DNA of 63,436 nt, filler included, from Reticulomyxa filosa (GCA_000512085.1; 21 parts of 21 records of this genome joined end to end with filler, not necessarily neighbours in it), one strand, 5' to 3'. Positions 29,097 through 43,600 are shown, numbered from the whole stretch's first letter. The notes: generated by a model not told the origin, from the letters alone. Program-made: numbers and translations.

Positions 29097-30024
29097 TTAG
29101 CCAGTCAATTTACCAATCATTTTTTTTAACAAATCGGGTTGTGTAGCTTCAGTGGCGATCAAAGGTTTTCCTTGATCTTGAACTGGAACCATTTTGTTGT
29201 AGGCATTGACAACTGTGTCGACCTCTTTTTGCCTTAATCCTCGTAATTCAGCAATTCGCCTTAGGTCTTGATGACTTCCTTTATCAACCACAGATTGAAA
29301 TGTAACAGCCAACATTTCCAATTTTTCGTAGCGCGCAGCGATAGTTTTTAGCATTCCTTCGATTTTACCCATTTCTTTATTGACATAACTTTTATAAGAA
29401 GGCGAGATTTTAACTTCTGGAGTATTGCCATTTGCCTTGTACAAGCATGGGACATCTGAATATTCTTTTAGTGCTTCTGATTCTTCTATTCCCAATTTAG
29501 GTAAATCGAGTAAAGCGGCTTTCAACAGTTGAGTATCAATTTGCAACTGATGAGCACCTTCTTCGTTGATCCTCCTATATTTGTGTAAAGTGTATTTTAT
29601 GTGTAAACAAAATCAGTTGGAATAATACAATTGGGGGGGGGGGGAGAGGAGAAAAAAAACACCTGCATTTGAAGATGGCCATAGCATATCTTGGAATAAT
29701 TTGTTTGGTGATTTGTGAATCAAAATAAGAATGATAATGAACGACAGTTAGCAAATGGACCAAGACAATATCTTTATTTAGGATTTCTTTAAATTTGGCA
29801 ATGAATGAACTTTGGTCATCGGTTTTTTGAACTTCGTTCCACTTTCGACATTCTGGCAAATCGTGGCTCAACATAACACCAATTTTGTTGCCAATATTGC
29901 TGCTTAGCACCTCCAATGATTTCAGGGCAGTTTCATCAAACACTCTTTCTTTCAATTCGCTCAAATCAATTTTTTTTTCGTATTCGCTGCTGAGTGACTT
30001 TTAAAGTGTGAACATGGAAGCATA

Positions 30025-30055
<31 letters not shown>

Positions 30056-30565
30056 TATACATACATGTATACATAAGCACAAATACATCATCACATTTGT
30101 GATAACAAAAAAAAGAATAGTCAAACAAAAGAAAGACTCATTTCAAAACTGATCGAAGCCTTGACTCCAAACCTGGCAGGACATCCGATATATAATCACC
30201 TGTGTTGACGATTATGCACGTGGTAACGAGATCGTTTTCGGTAAATGTCTTTTCCCTCAGATTGTAGGTCGAGGAAGATTGACTCACCGTTTCTGGTAAA
30301 TGTTGCATCAACATTTGTGCGTATTTCTTCAGACCAATGCGATATTCCTATGTGTAGTTTGCACATGTATGTTCCTATTGTTTCTGTCTTCGTGTGTCCG
30401 AGACAAGTGCAGTAACAAAACTCCATAAATCTTAAAGAAGATGTCATCAGTGCCAATTTTGGAACAGCGCACGATCGATTTTTTGATATACCCCAACAAT
30501 TCATCCGCACCACCAAAGCGCACTTCAGCTGGGATTTTGTTGCGCGTCATATTCCATGTCTTCAA
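29097..30565 (-). CDS. VPS53: GARP complex subunit VPS53, C-terminal part (multi-exon, 5' partial)
   Basis: ADELLGYIKKSIVRCSKI, CIIVNTGDYISDVLPGLE, INEEGAHQLQIDTQLLKAALLDLP, SYKSYVNKEMGKIEGMLK and DLRRIAELRGL are colinear with Vps53 motifs. Confidence 0.82.
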
Positions 30566-30701
30566 AAAAAAAAAAAACACCACAAGAGCTTCATTACATA
30601 TNNNNNNNNNNNNNNNNNNNNNNNNNNNNNNNNNNNNNNNNNNNNTTAATTAATTAANNNNNNNNNNNNNNNNNNNNNNNNNNNNNNNNNNNNNNNNNNN
30701 N

Positions 30702-30718
30702 ATAATAATAATAATATA

Positions 30719-30772
<54 letters not shown>
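30702..30772. repeat. (AAT/TAT)n intronic microsatellite
   Basis: Direct observation at the contig end. Confidence 0.9.
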
Positions 30773-30807
30773 TGCCATTTTAAAAAAAAAAAAAAAAAAG
30801 CGAAACT

Positions 30808-31715
30808 TGAAGACTTTGAGCTTGCACACGACTTTTCTTGGCATCCTCCATTTTCAAAGACGAATCGGGATGGAACAGCTCTTCAAACTTTCGATCGGAC
30901 GCGGCCTCGATGAGTTTATGTGGGATAGGACCGATCATGGCTTGCATTTGATTCAAGTGGTCGATTGGACAGTGTGTGTTGAACACCATGGAGCCATGCA
31001 AAAAACTCCAAGATGACACACCCGATGGACCAAATGTCGACGGGTCGTTTCCAGTGCATTTCTAGCACGACTTCGGGCGCACGGTAATGGCGAGTTTGAA
31101 TCAAGTAGTTATATCCATCGCGATACTTCCACGTCTGTCTGTTGTTCGGATCATACTTTGGTTCGTACACGGCGCTGCCAAAGTCGACCACTTTAAGTCG
31201 AGTGTTGATCGGCCAATGATGTGTTTTCTTTTTTTTTTTAAAAAAAAAAAGAAATCTGATTGGACATCACTTCCCTCCAAAAAAAAAAAAAAAAAAGGGA
31301 GGATAAAAAAAAAAACCACATACATTTCCAACGGTGACAGCCTTTGTTCTCCCGTCCACAAATACAATATTCTCTGGTTTCAAATCGGTGAAGATGATAT
31401 CCATTCGATGCAAAACTATTATTATTATCATTTATTTATTTATTTATTTTGAGAGCGTTCATTAATGTTGGTCCTTTTTACCAAAACTCCACTTATCAAA
31501 AATAAACCAACAAATAAATAAATGAATAAAAAGGAGACACTCAAACAATGAATGGCATTGCATATTTGGATGGACAAGCTTCGCACAATGTAATCCGGGA
31601 AAGGGCGATATCGATTCTTTGACATAATGGCATAAATGGACGGACCATACAGTTTAAACACAAAGCACGGATGGTTGTTCCATGAAAAGTATTCACGCAA
31701 ATGAATACAACAACT
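30808..31715 (-). CDS. CLK/LAMMER-family CMGC kinase, internal exons (one apparent frameshift at about 31000)
   Basis: HPCFVFKLYGPSIY, YRPFP, IIFTDLKPENI, KVVDFGSA, IQTRHYRAPEVVLEMHW..PVDIWSIGCV, and DHLNQMQAMIGPIP at the EHLAMMERILGPIP position. Confidence 0.88.
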
Positions 31716-31869
31716 GACACGTTTACATATTTCATATTACATATTACATATTACACACACATAAAAAAANNNNNNNNNNNNNNNNNNNNNNNNNNNNNNN
31801 NNNNNNNNNNNNNTTAATTAATTAANNNNNNNNNNNNNNNNNNNNNNNNNNNNNNNNNNNNNNNNNNNN

Positions 31870-32105
31870 GGGGGATTTTTAAAATGTAGTAATAAAAAAA
31901 TAGAATAATAAAAAAAGGACTTGATTAAGAAGAGGGAGAAGAAAAAAAAAAGATTATAATAAAAAAGAAAATAATAGAAAAAAAGAAAATAAGAATGAAT
32001 AAAAAAAAAGAATGGAAAAAAAAGAAAATAAAAATGAATGAAAAAAATAGAAGAAAATAAAAATGAATAAAAAAAAAGGAAAAAAAGGAAGAAGTGAAAA
32101 TAAAT
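31870..32105. repeat. A/G-rich low-complexity tract
   Basis: Degenerate AAAAAAAGAAAAT-type units at a contig start. Confidence 0.8.
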
Positions 32106-35100
32106 TATATTTGAAATTGTATTTTTTAAATTTTTATGTTAATAAAATGATATCCCACGTGAGGATAATAACAAAAGTTAAGTTTATATTTTTTTTTATT
32201 TGTGTTTGTTAAAAAAAAATCTTGAACATAAGTATAATATTATAGAAATTGAAATTGGACCTGATTGCTCACACATCAAAAGAAAATAAGAATGTGAGTT
32301 GTCGCTTCCAAGATAGCATATTGAAGTGATGCAAGTCCAAATCAAAGTCTTCAATGTAACCAAGGAAACACTGATGTAATTGAAAGACCAATAGTTGAAG
32401 TAAATTATGAACAGTAGTTGCCTTTCTCTTTTTACAATCATCTGCAATTATATGCTTTTCTGTCTACTCATATAATAGTGCTGCCACTGACAATCAAGTG
32501 TAAAATATGATCAATCGATTTATTGACACAGCTTCCAATTTATTAATATTATTGTCATCAAATAAATGCATCATTGTGCTGAAAAAAGATATGAATACCG
32601 GTGCATTCAGTACGTTTGGAAAATAAATAAATTGAGATCACATTCGATAATATTGTGATCAATTTAACAAATTATCAATTGCATGCGATAGTCAATCCAC
32701 ATTATATCGCCGTCTTAAAGTGTAGCACGTACCACGAATTACCACTGATGATGACAGAAATAACTTGCTCTATTTGAAGGTATATATTGTTTTTATCTTA
32801 TTTTCAGCTGTTGTAATATGTCTTACCCAAACAGATGAGCATAGACGTTTTCATTGTACAGTGATTTAATTTAGATTTGGAATGAACCAAAGAAGGAGAT
32901 GAAAAAGGAAAAAGAAAAAGAAACAAAGAGTATATTAAGTAGTGGGAAAAGAAAAAAAGAAGCAAAAATATCAATGACTATTATTCTTAACATATGGGCT
33001 GTATCAAGGAATATGACAAATGGCAATGAATTGTTCAAAAATTGCAAATTTGTTGAGAAGAAATGAAATAGTGTTCCATTTCATCCATAACCATTCATAG
33101 TCTTGATTAAACAAATGTCAACTCTTTTTGGGAATTTGTTGTGTTGACAATCTTCACTAACATAAATGACAATGAAACGTTGTATGCTTGCAACCACTCA
33201 GATCCGCAAATGAAAAAGAAGAGAATATCAAAAATACTGAAGCAAATCTGGTGTCTTAATGAGAATGTAGGCATCACAAAAACAAAGAAAATTTGGCGTA
33301 TAAACGATAGCCAGGAAATAATACTAATATAGCAACCCTTCCATGACAAGGGGCATCAACAGTAGCGAATAGTATCAATGCAAAGGCACATGAAGATATC
33401 GGACCATTTGCATCAATCAAACGCAAATTAATGGATCTTTTCCAAGGCGATATGAGTCAAGAAAGCAATTGTTGTCTTTCTCACAATTCGTACAAATTAT
33501 CGATATCACATTTCATCCTTGTGGTAATATCTACATTCTCAGGAGCCACTCCGTTTCGCCAACACACGAACAGTCCTGATATTGCAAACATGAACACGAT
33601 CCCATTATTCCGTATCGAAGTAATGCGATTTTCACTTGCTTTCATTTATGTCCAGAGACAAAGTGACAGCTTATTACATTAAACAATGATCAAAGCATTG
33701 TACTAAATGTGAATAAGCACAATGCCACGAACACTGCATTTCAATCAGCTGCCATTTCCATTGTCATTGTTATTGGTTCCATTCATCGCTATTTCATTAT
33801 TGGCACTTTACAATGACGTCGATATCATAATTTAATCTTGGAGCCATAGTCATATCAACGTATCACTCTCCCTTTTCATGTTAGCTGCGTGATAATCTTT
33901 CGTGTATCGTACACATTTAAAAAAATGCTGATATATCTATGCAATGCGCGCTGGCATTTGCTTCAATTGCAAACTTGCACTGTTGTTCATCCCGTTAACG
34001 GGTCTGTCCGTGAATGCCCAATCCGGCACGTTTTCTGAAGACACTACCGTTGGTGCAAGGATATCAGATTTTCAAGAATGTAATGTTCAATGGGGATCCT
34101 CATTCTAGGCAACATCTTGATCATGCACGACGGAAGTCTCGGACTTATTGGTGATAGGCCAGTTCAAGTACTTTTCCAAGGAATAACTCACTTTGCCGAA
34201 CTGGTCATTGCACTGACCGATCACAATTTGAAACGCATTGTCGAAAAGGCTAATGAAATGTAGGGGGTTTCGATCCCCAAACGTATGGACCCTTACTTTA
34301 TTTATCGAAGTCATAATCTCTTGGATAATGATATTCGAAAAGGCATGTCGGGTGTCGAATTTTTCACTCTTTTGAGAAATCTTGACGAATCTGGACAATT
34401 ATTACCTGATTCAAAGAACTCTTTCTCTTGCGAAGCTTGTATCAATTCGATTAGATCTATCTTTGCTTCACAAAGAACAATCTCAAATGACAATTGTGCT
34501 GGAGTGCGTGGAAAGACGACAATTGTACTTACAATGGGCTGGAGTTGTCATACATTTTTGTTGCTGTCGACAAGTCAAAGGCAACCAATCAATTTTTTTT
34601 GGATATTATCTCTTTTCTTCACCCAATCAAAAAAAAAGAAATAAAGTGTAAAACGATTGCAATGCACACAATACGTAATCACATAAACTGATATTGAATT
34701 GGGTGACACAGGTATTTGCGATTTCTCCAAATTCCAAATAAAAATAAGTCAAGAAATTGTATGTTGTCTTCTATAGGTACTCTTGGTATCAATGATATTA
34801 ACACGTCGAATGAATGCAAAAAAGTTTTTACTAATGTTAAGATATCCCAACTCTCGCTATACTCTGATGTGTTGTTTTTTTTTTAGCTTTCATTGGATTA
34901 TTAACTTTTTTCCATGTATCTTTTTCAAAATTATTCCAATCTTTAATTTTTTAATAATATGGCTCACTATTGAGATTATTCTATTGTTGTTTTTCATTTA
35001 AATTTTAAATTGATAGCAATTTTAACTTTTCATGATCTATCTCCACTTTTCAATCCATTGATGAAAAGAATCAATAACTTTTTTAGTTATTTCTCAGATA

Positions 35101-35850
35101 ATTTCGTTGAGATTGTATTAAGTAATTTTACACATAAACCATGAATACTCTATTTCACCGTTCAATTCATTCGTCAAAGCTTCTCTGTTTTTTTGTTTTT
35201 ATCGTTTTTTTTCTTTCAATCTTAAAGCTTCAGCAAGAAGATCTTCTTCTTCCCCTTTCTGGTTGCTCAGCATTAATTTTCGTTCGAATGTTGAAAAGAT
35301 TATGAGGGGGCTTGTTTAAAGTTTTTTAGCATATTTTTTAGAACCTTTTTTTGTGAAAGTAAAAACGCTGTCAAACTGAATGTTTTACAATTTCAGTATT
35401 TCCACAACTGAGTTTCTTTTTGTATCGCTCAAGAAAACATTGTTGACATACGCAGATTTACAAGAGTTGAAAACGATGACCAACAAAAACGAATAATCAC
35501 AAACAAAAAAAAAAGTAAACAAACTTAAATATGAATATTTCATTTATTATCAACAACTTATGAAACGCTAATTCAACAATTTTATATGAATAATACAAAA
35601 CAGATTAAACAATAAATAGTCCCCAAAATGCAAAGACAAAAAACAAGTAAAGATTTGAAAAAGGAAAAGTTTAAAAAGCAAAGACTCTTGGCCCCCTCTA
35701 ATCCGTAATCATTGGCAGTGTTATCTCCCAACTTATCAATGAAAGTAACAACAATCCCAGCAGAAATAAGGACATAATTTGCACACAATGAGACAAGATA
35801 ATGCTCATATGTTTGGAATTGTTTTTTTCCAGGAACGTCACCACTGTGTC

Positions 35851-36281
35851 AATTTGACGGTAATTATTCGAGCTCATAAGGCACAATTTGATGGATACGA
35901 AATGCAATGTGTCAATGAACAAACAAGTATTCCTCGCGTAATAACAATATTTTTAGCTCCAAATTATTGCGATATTTATACAAATAAAGGAGCTTGTTTG
36001 AAATTTCATGACGAATTGTTAAATATTCAATCATTTGTTAATTCACCGCATCCTTATTATTTGCCAAATTGTATGGATGTTTTTACATGGCCATTACCTT
36101 TTGTAGATGAAAAAGTGACTAATATGTTGTTCAGTATTTTATCGGGTGCTCAAAATAATTCGTTCAATTGAAACAGCTGTCACCAAACCATCAATTACCT
36201 GTTGGTATATTACAAGGTGGACAAGCTGCTATTGAAAAAGCGTTATCAAGTTTTAATGAAGCCAAACGAGCAGCAAAGTAA
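35851..36281 (+). pseudogene. Calcineurin A (PP2B) fragment, truncated and internally deleted
   Basis: IIRAHKAQFDGY, ITIFLAPNYCD, SPHPYYLPNCMDVFTWPLPFVDEKVTNML, then in another frame LPVGILQGG..SSFNEAKR. Conserved residues are changed (RAHE>RAHK, SAPNY>LAPNY, WSLP>WPLP) and the N-terminal catalytic motifs are absent. Confidence 0.85.
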
Positions 36282-38993
36282 ATGATGCAATGCTTTTACA
36301 AGAAAAAGATATAAATCCCCTAAAAAACAAGGGGAAATCTTTTATAAAGGTTCAAAAGATACAAAGCACAAGAAAATAAATGATAGTCTACAATTTTTTT
36401 TTTGTTTTTGTTGTACGAGTTTTGGCTTTGTTTTATTAAATTGCCTATTTTGTTGTTATTTTTTTGTCTTTTCTTATTCACTAAGCGCGTAAAATAAAAG
36501 CTCTTCAGGGCGATTGTTTATTTTTTTAACAAAAATTGACAAGGTTTTTGAAAATTAATATTCTATATACTATTGAAATTATTTGTCTACAAAAAGAGAA
36601 AGAAATAAATAATTTATTTGTAAATGAACTTATGTTGCTTTTTTTTTGAACTAAGACAATATTGTTTACTTTTTAAAGATTTAGTGCAAATTCTTAATAT
36701 TTTTTAAAATGAAGGAATGAAAAAATGCATGAAATATATCCGAATTCTATTAAAAAATATTTTAATAACAAACAAACCTATCAAAATGTGTCACGCATAA
36801 AACACAACGAACAAACAAGTGAAAAATCACAGTGACATCAAAAACGAGAAAAAAAAAAGAATGATCGTGAAGCCAAAAAATATCATTCATTTATAACACA
36901 AACAGTCCACTGTGGTATGTTTGCTAACATTGCTTTTGGTGTGACTGTTGTGCTTGTGACAATGTTTGGATTTGGATTTCAATCTTTGTGCATCGATCAG
37001 CTTCCTCAAAGCACGAGCCCAATGGATGGACCCTTCTCGATATTTGAGTGACAACAAACACAGTTAGGAGTCATCAGCATGTCGATACATAACTCACGTC
37101 ATTGATACCAAATTTTCCAACGATCAGTAATTTGTCAGTATGTTTGGTTGTTGTTTTTGGTTTTTTTTTGCTTTGCGGGATTTACTTCTGTTTCTTCCAA
37201 AACAATATAACGACAGTTCAAACTTAAGCACATGCGCTTTGTCTTGCTTGTCCAATTCAATAATATCAAATCTTGACAACACATTGTTTTGTATTTTTTT
37301 GAAACGAGCATACGAGATCCATACAAGGTGATAAAGGCATTGTTGATCTTCAAAGCAATATCACATATTCTGAAGCCAATCAGTTGTCAAAAAAGCGCAA
37401 AATCCACACAACATAGGTTGTCTGATTGCACATGCAATATTTATATTTGGCCAATATATGCCAATAGCACTCCAATTAATCTAATTCCAAGCAAAAAAAC
37501 ACAAGATTGAATATGGATGATCATTCAATACAAAAGAGTGAGTACCTTACTAACTTCATTTGATTGGTGTTTCAGCAGAGCCACACAGTAGCTCTTTTCT
37601 TTTTGACCGACTCAATTGAAAGGCATAATACTCACCACCATGGTTGGGTCAATCATGAAACATTTACTGTTCCAAATACTCATCAATGTTAAACTTGGCC
37701 CAAACTTTGTTTGATCTATCAATCGTCGCGTGGATCATTCCATTTTCGACTCCATTTCTAACCTTGACTCATACTCGGGCTACATATTCCAAAGACTCTT
37801 TCTTTTTTTTTTTTTTTTTTGGGACTCCTTGTTTGTATTGGAGTTTACTTTGTCCTTTGGCAAAGTCACAGATAGAATGAGCGAATGCGATCCAATGATG
37901 TCTTGTCTCTGTCCCTGTGGGTATCCTCCTGTGTCCATAAATGCTAAGTCTTTGATGCATCTTCAAACACGCATCACACTCCATTATTTGACCAACATTA
38001 AGAAGGGATCTGCAGTTTTACTGTCTTTAATTGGATCCANNNNNNNNNNNNNNNNNNNNNNNNNNNNNNNNNNNNNNNNNNNNTTAATTAATTAANNNNN
38101 NNNNNNNNNNNNNNNNNNNNNNNNNNNNNNNNNNNNNNNCTGGTAATGCTTGTGGATTGGATAGTTTTATCGTATAAACAGCACGGGCACTGCCCAAAAG
38201 ATTTAGTTTCAAAGCATTGTTGATTGTTGCCTCAAAGGAAGCAATTCTATATTGACCGTGATTGCTCAGTTGGAAATTCGACGACATCTTCTTGTTTGTC
38301 ATCATGAAGAAAAACAAAGAAAAGTTTGACCCAATCAATTTGTTAAATTGAAAGGAGCTTCTGAGTGTCACACTATGTGATATATATGAAGTCTTCTATT
38401 CCGGAAGACTAGCTTCCTCATCATGCGGCCAAACAATTGCAACACCTAACTTCAAAATATCAAAATTTTAATTAGTTGCAAAATAAAATAAACAATAAAA
38501 TTTAAATAACTAAAATTTACATGAAAGGCGTTACTCCTTTATTGGAACTGTTGTGTGATTTGGGTAAAAGGCGCCGAAAAACGATATAATTTTATTAAGG
38601 AGCACATAGACATGGTAGAGCGAGATGGGCAGATAACTTTGTACTTTTTTGTTATTGCCTAAAAAAATCCAAAGAAACAAAACAACAAATGGCCATTGCC
38701 AAGAAGAATTCTAGTGTTAAAAAATACAAGTTTTGTCACATCAAAAATAAGACCACACAATTAAAGTTCCTAGCATATAATAACCTTTCCAAAACACAAA
38801 TTATGCAGCCTTTAATAAATTTGATTGATAAAAAAAAAACAATCTTGCTTGCGTCCATTGTTCCAGAAAGAAAAGCAAACAAGAACAATTCGGAAATAAA
38901 ACAAATAAAATGTCACATTATTATTATTACCACTTTTTTTTTAGAAAAAAAGAAACAGTCACAAACTACAATAATATGAATAAAAGTTTCAAA

Positions 38994-40419
38994 TCAAACC
39001 GGATTTTGAGTTGATGAAGGCGAATCAAGCTGTTTTAATGGTTGCTGTAAATTTATGTAAACACGCACATAAAAAGCATCTTCGTCAACAACAATAGAAG
39101 CAGATATATCCCATACCCCCTCAGCGTGCTCGTCATGATCTTCGTTGCGTTCGTGAGTGGGCGTATGGTCGTGGTCATGTTCAGCGACGGGGACTTTCTG
39201 TTTTTCGCCAATGGGTTTTCTGCATTTGCAGCAAGATAAGATACATGTGAAGACACAAACGGCTATAACGCTCGACAATGCAACGATGAGCAGTAGCAGT
39301 TTTAGCTTTTTGTGAGAGTTACTTTCGCATGATCCACAGTTCTCGATGGTAGTGACATTTATTTCAGAGGAGAGATCACCTGCGTTATTATTTGTTTATT
39401 TATTTGTTTGTTTGTTTATTTATTGTTTAAAGAGAGACACTAACAGTCAATGTCCAATTGAACATAGCCGACATGATTCGACAGATTTTGGTAGCAACCA
39501 GAATCAAATGTTGACGTTGATACACAATCGCTCGTCCGACAGGTAGACGATGTGTAAACCCCGTACGTGGCGGTGCGGTTTTGACATGTCCACATATGAT
39601 ACAACCTGGCATTGTTATCCAAGATGTTGCAAGAATTTGTCACATAATACGATGTCGTATAATCCTTTGAGTTCGAACAATTCACGTCCATATCAGAGTA
39701 TTGGGTATATTTCATAATATTGCAAGACTTGGCTTCACATTCTTTTTTTTTTTCCCCCCCCCCCTGCTCAATATGTGATTATACAAAACAAAGCATCCAA
39801 AAAAAAAAAAAAATGAAATATAAGAATTTATAAATAAATACATATATTTACGTACCTTTGGCAGTAACGTTATAAATACGTACACTGTGCAATAAACCGG
39901 AGCAATTGGTGGAATTGAAATACCAGTTTGCATAAGGTAGATCATTGGGATCATTGCTGGTGCAATGAAAGTAAAAGCTCCATTCCACATCACCCTCTTT
40001 TGCCACGTGACATTGATCAATAGCCCAAATTTCGTTGTTCACGCTCACAAAATTGCATTCAAACTGTCCATCGCTGCTTGTCTCCGTCACTGCAGTAGAT
40101 GAGCTTGTGTCATCAGGACCTTATTATATATGTATTATATACATATATATAATAAAGAGTAAATTCATGTATAAAGCTTTAAAAAAAGCAAAGAGAGTAA
40201 ACAAAACATTTGAAATGAGAAGCTTGCAAATGAGTGGAGTTGGTCGCTTTGTGGCATTGATTGATATACGTAGTGGAAGCACGAAGCAGTGAGGTGCACT
40301 GACTGTCCGCATAATGTGCATACGTCAACACATCGGGTTGGCATTTGAACATATGATACACGCCCTCGGTCGCGTCCAGTTTGCTACAAACGTTATTGAC
40401 ATAGTACCATTGCCAATTT

Positions 40420-40425
<6 letters not shown>
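38994..40425 (-). CDS. Type I single-pass membrane protein with Cys-rich repeated ectodomain (5' partial)
   Basis: Exons encode related modules (YYVNNVC..YHMFKC..Y..YADSQC; YYVTNSC..YHMWTC..YGVYTSSTC), N-glycosylation sequons, TM LLLLIVALSSVIAVCVFTCIL, then CCKCRK and a His/acidic tail. Confidence 0.7.
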
Positions 40426-40498
<73 letters not shown>

Positions 40499-40663
40499 NN
40501 NNNNNNNNNNNNNNNNNNNNNNNNNNNNNNNNNNNNNNNNNNTTAATTAATTAANNNNNNNNNNNNNNNNNNNNNNNNNNNNNNNNNNNNNNNNNNNNTA
40601 TATATATATATATATAAATATATAAATCAAACGCAAATAAAAAAAAAAAAAAACAACAACAAC

Positions 40664-43600
40664 TTGTGGATTGTCTTGAGAATGAAGCGCAAGAGCAGAG
40701 TGGAACTTTTTCTGAGCTCGTTTTCGCAATAACCTTAAAAAGGGGTACAATTGGGACTTGCGCATGGAAATGATTTTCAGCGCGAAAAAGACCAACTGAC
40801 GAGCAGAGGAATAGTTGGACTCGAGCATAAACTCGTGACACTTGTTGACCAACGAAATGATCATTTCGGTGGACTGTGCCCATTCGAACAGCAAGACATT
40901 TTTGGGGGAGCTTTCCTCAAAGATGGTGGTTGGTCGTTTGTTAGGATCATTGGGATTCTGCAAGCGCATTCGCAAGTCAAACTGATCACTTTGCAATGTC
41001 TTGCCATCTGCGTTAATGCCAAAGCGATTTTGGCTCGTTTGCGAGCCAAACTCCAACACAAACTATATACATATATATATATATGTATATATATATATTA
41101 TATGAATCCAAAAAAATTCCCCTCTTGCTTAACTCAACTTTATTTGTGTTAAGTATTTGCATTCCGCGCATCCTCAACAAAGGATGCTTCCATAGCAGCA
41201 AAATGGGGCTACTCACTCCACTTTTTTCGGACGTATAGGACGAGTACACACAAATGTCGCTTTCAGTAAGCACAAATAAGAAGGCATCTTGCAAGTAAGT
41301 TTTGACAATGTTTTGTTGGAAAGAGATGGAATATTCGAGTTTCTTTGTCCTCAAGTTATACACATGAACGGCAGTGTTGGTTCCGACTAAAAACCTCATG
41401 GGCATACGCTGAAGAGAGGAAGGAGAAGAATTGTAGTACAAGTGATTATGATTGGACTGCTTGTGTGCCGACTTTTGCTTTTGCGTCACTTCCCACGGCG
41501 TGGGCTCGACAACTTGCAAGTGATGAATTCGATGTACCTGGGCGAAGCGAATGTGTGCCAAGAGCTTCAGTTGTTTGATCTCGAACGTGGATTGTGTGCG
41601 AGTGATGATTTCATTTGCGATCTTGGTGGTATCCAACGTCAAGTTTTGTGCCTGCAGCCACAGGTCGTAGCGATGTTTGTATATCTGCGTGGAGAATGGT
41701 TCAAACGACCTTTTTTTCTTGTGGAATAACGACTGCGTATCCTCGGTCACGACAATGATCTTGGAATTGGAGTTGGTCAAACTTATCGTGGACTCATCCG
41801 TTGGATCGATCGAAGAAGAAGATGATGATGAAGAAGGAGGGGGTTGTTTTGGCACATTGACAATGACTAAATTAGATTGCAAATGATTGATCCAATTGGT
41901 ATTTCCACTAAGCAAAGACTCTGCAACCAAAGCCTCGGTCAATTCCACACGATGCGCATGATCGGGGAAATTGGCCAGCATGGCGAAAGGTCTGTTTTCA
42001 CCCAGCATTGCCATCAACGACGTGCTGGCGTCGAAGTTGTCTGTACTGTCTTGTCCGGAACACAGACGGTTGTATTCATACACGGTCGGGATGATCAAGT
42101 AACTCGATGCATGATGCTTCATCGACGGACATCCGTTGCTGTCAAACACCACATTCACTGTCATATTCAAAGCCGACGAAAACGGCGCAACTGCACTTGT
42201 CGGTGCTGTCTTCGACTGTGATTCCACTGGCTTGGGCGCGCTTTTGTCTTCCTCCATGTCTTCATTCCAAAGCGGATTTTGAGCGTTTGTCGCTACTTCT
42301 TCAATGTCCTCACTGTCTGTACTCGACAGCGTGTTCATCACCATCACATCCCCGTTCTTTATATCCGTCTGTCTTTCTGTTGGCGCTTTTGTTCTCAAAC
42401 TACGTCCACCCTGTTGCTTACGTCCTTCACGTTTCCTTTTTTTGGACACATCGACAATCGTGTCTGAGTCCTTTTATATTATATTATATATATATATATT
42501 ATATATACATATACACATATATATATGTATATATGTATATATGTATATATGTATATGTATTTATTTATTTAACATTGTTTGAGAAATAATGTTGCACATG
42601 CACACATACATACCTCACCACTTGACCATCGCATGCCGTCTTTGGACGGAGGGGCAAGTGTACTCTCCCGCCGCTTGTTGTTTTCCCTGGCCAATGCGTT
42701 TTTGTCGATAATGTTTAGGTGCAGCAACCTGGTCTCGTGATTGCTAGCAAAGCCGAGATAGTCCCAACGTATGCTCACCATGCGCACCATAAACGAAGCA
42801 TGCAGCTGCAACAGCTTCACAGGGGCCGTTTTCACTGTGATGATCGGCAAATACTTTTTGTGTCTGCGCTTCTTTTTCATGCCTGAGTCTTTCGTGTTGT
42901 CTCCCAATTTGTAACTCTTTGTCTGTTTCTCCTCGTTCTTACTTTCCATTTCTTTTTCGTTGTCGCCGTCCTTGTCCAATATACGAACTTTATATGATCA
43001 AAGATCCACCCACATCAATTGATGTCTTATTTTTTTTTCAAATGAATGATTGATTCTTTTCACAATGATTATATAGACAAATATATGTATATGTATGTAT
43101 ATGTATGTATATGTATGTATATGTATGTATGTATATGTATATAATGTGTCTCTCACACACGTGTCTTTTGGATTAAAGAATGCAGTCTGGAACCGGACTT
43201 TTGAGGACGTGTGGCTTCATACTCGGCAGGAAGTTGCACCGTCCTCAGCCGATAGTCGCAGTCATAGATTTCGATAATGGATTTGCACGCCGCTGCAATT
43301 CGACCCGAATGTTCGCACGTGGAAATGCAGCTGATGTGCTCTTCGCCGAACCCATGTTGATTGGTCGCGCTTACGGTGCCGCTTCCAATCAAGCGTTGGT
43401 GTGTTCGTAGTCAGTCGCGTCCACGTCGTCCAAGTCTTCTTCTTTTTCATTCAACCCTGCATTCAAGCCTGATTGGCTCTCATCGGGGTTCGCAAGTTCA
43501 AATATCTGTTATCCCCTCATTCAAAAGACGATGCAATCAAAAGTATTTTCTTTTCTCTGTCATTTCACAGTACAATTGCAACAAGCCTAACTTACGTGCA

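Noticed and set aside
32200-35000. Assignable genes in the decayed region of the 31870-38039 contig
   Set aside because: Only fragmentary frames; no family could be supported.
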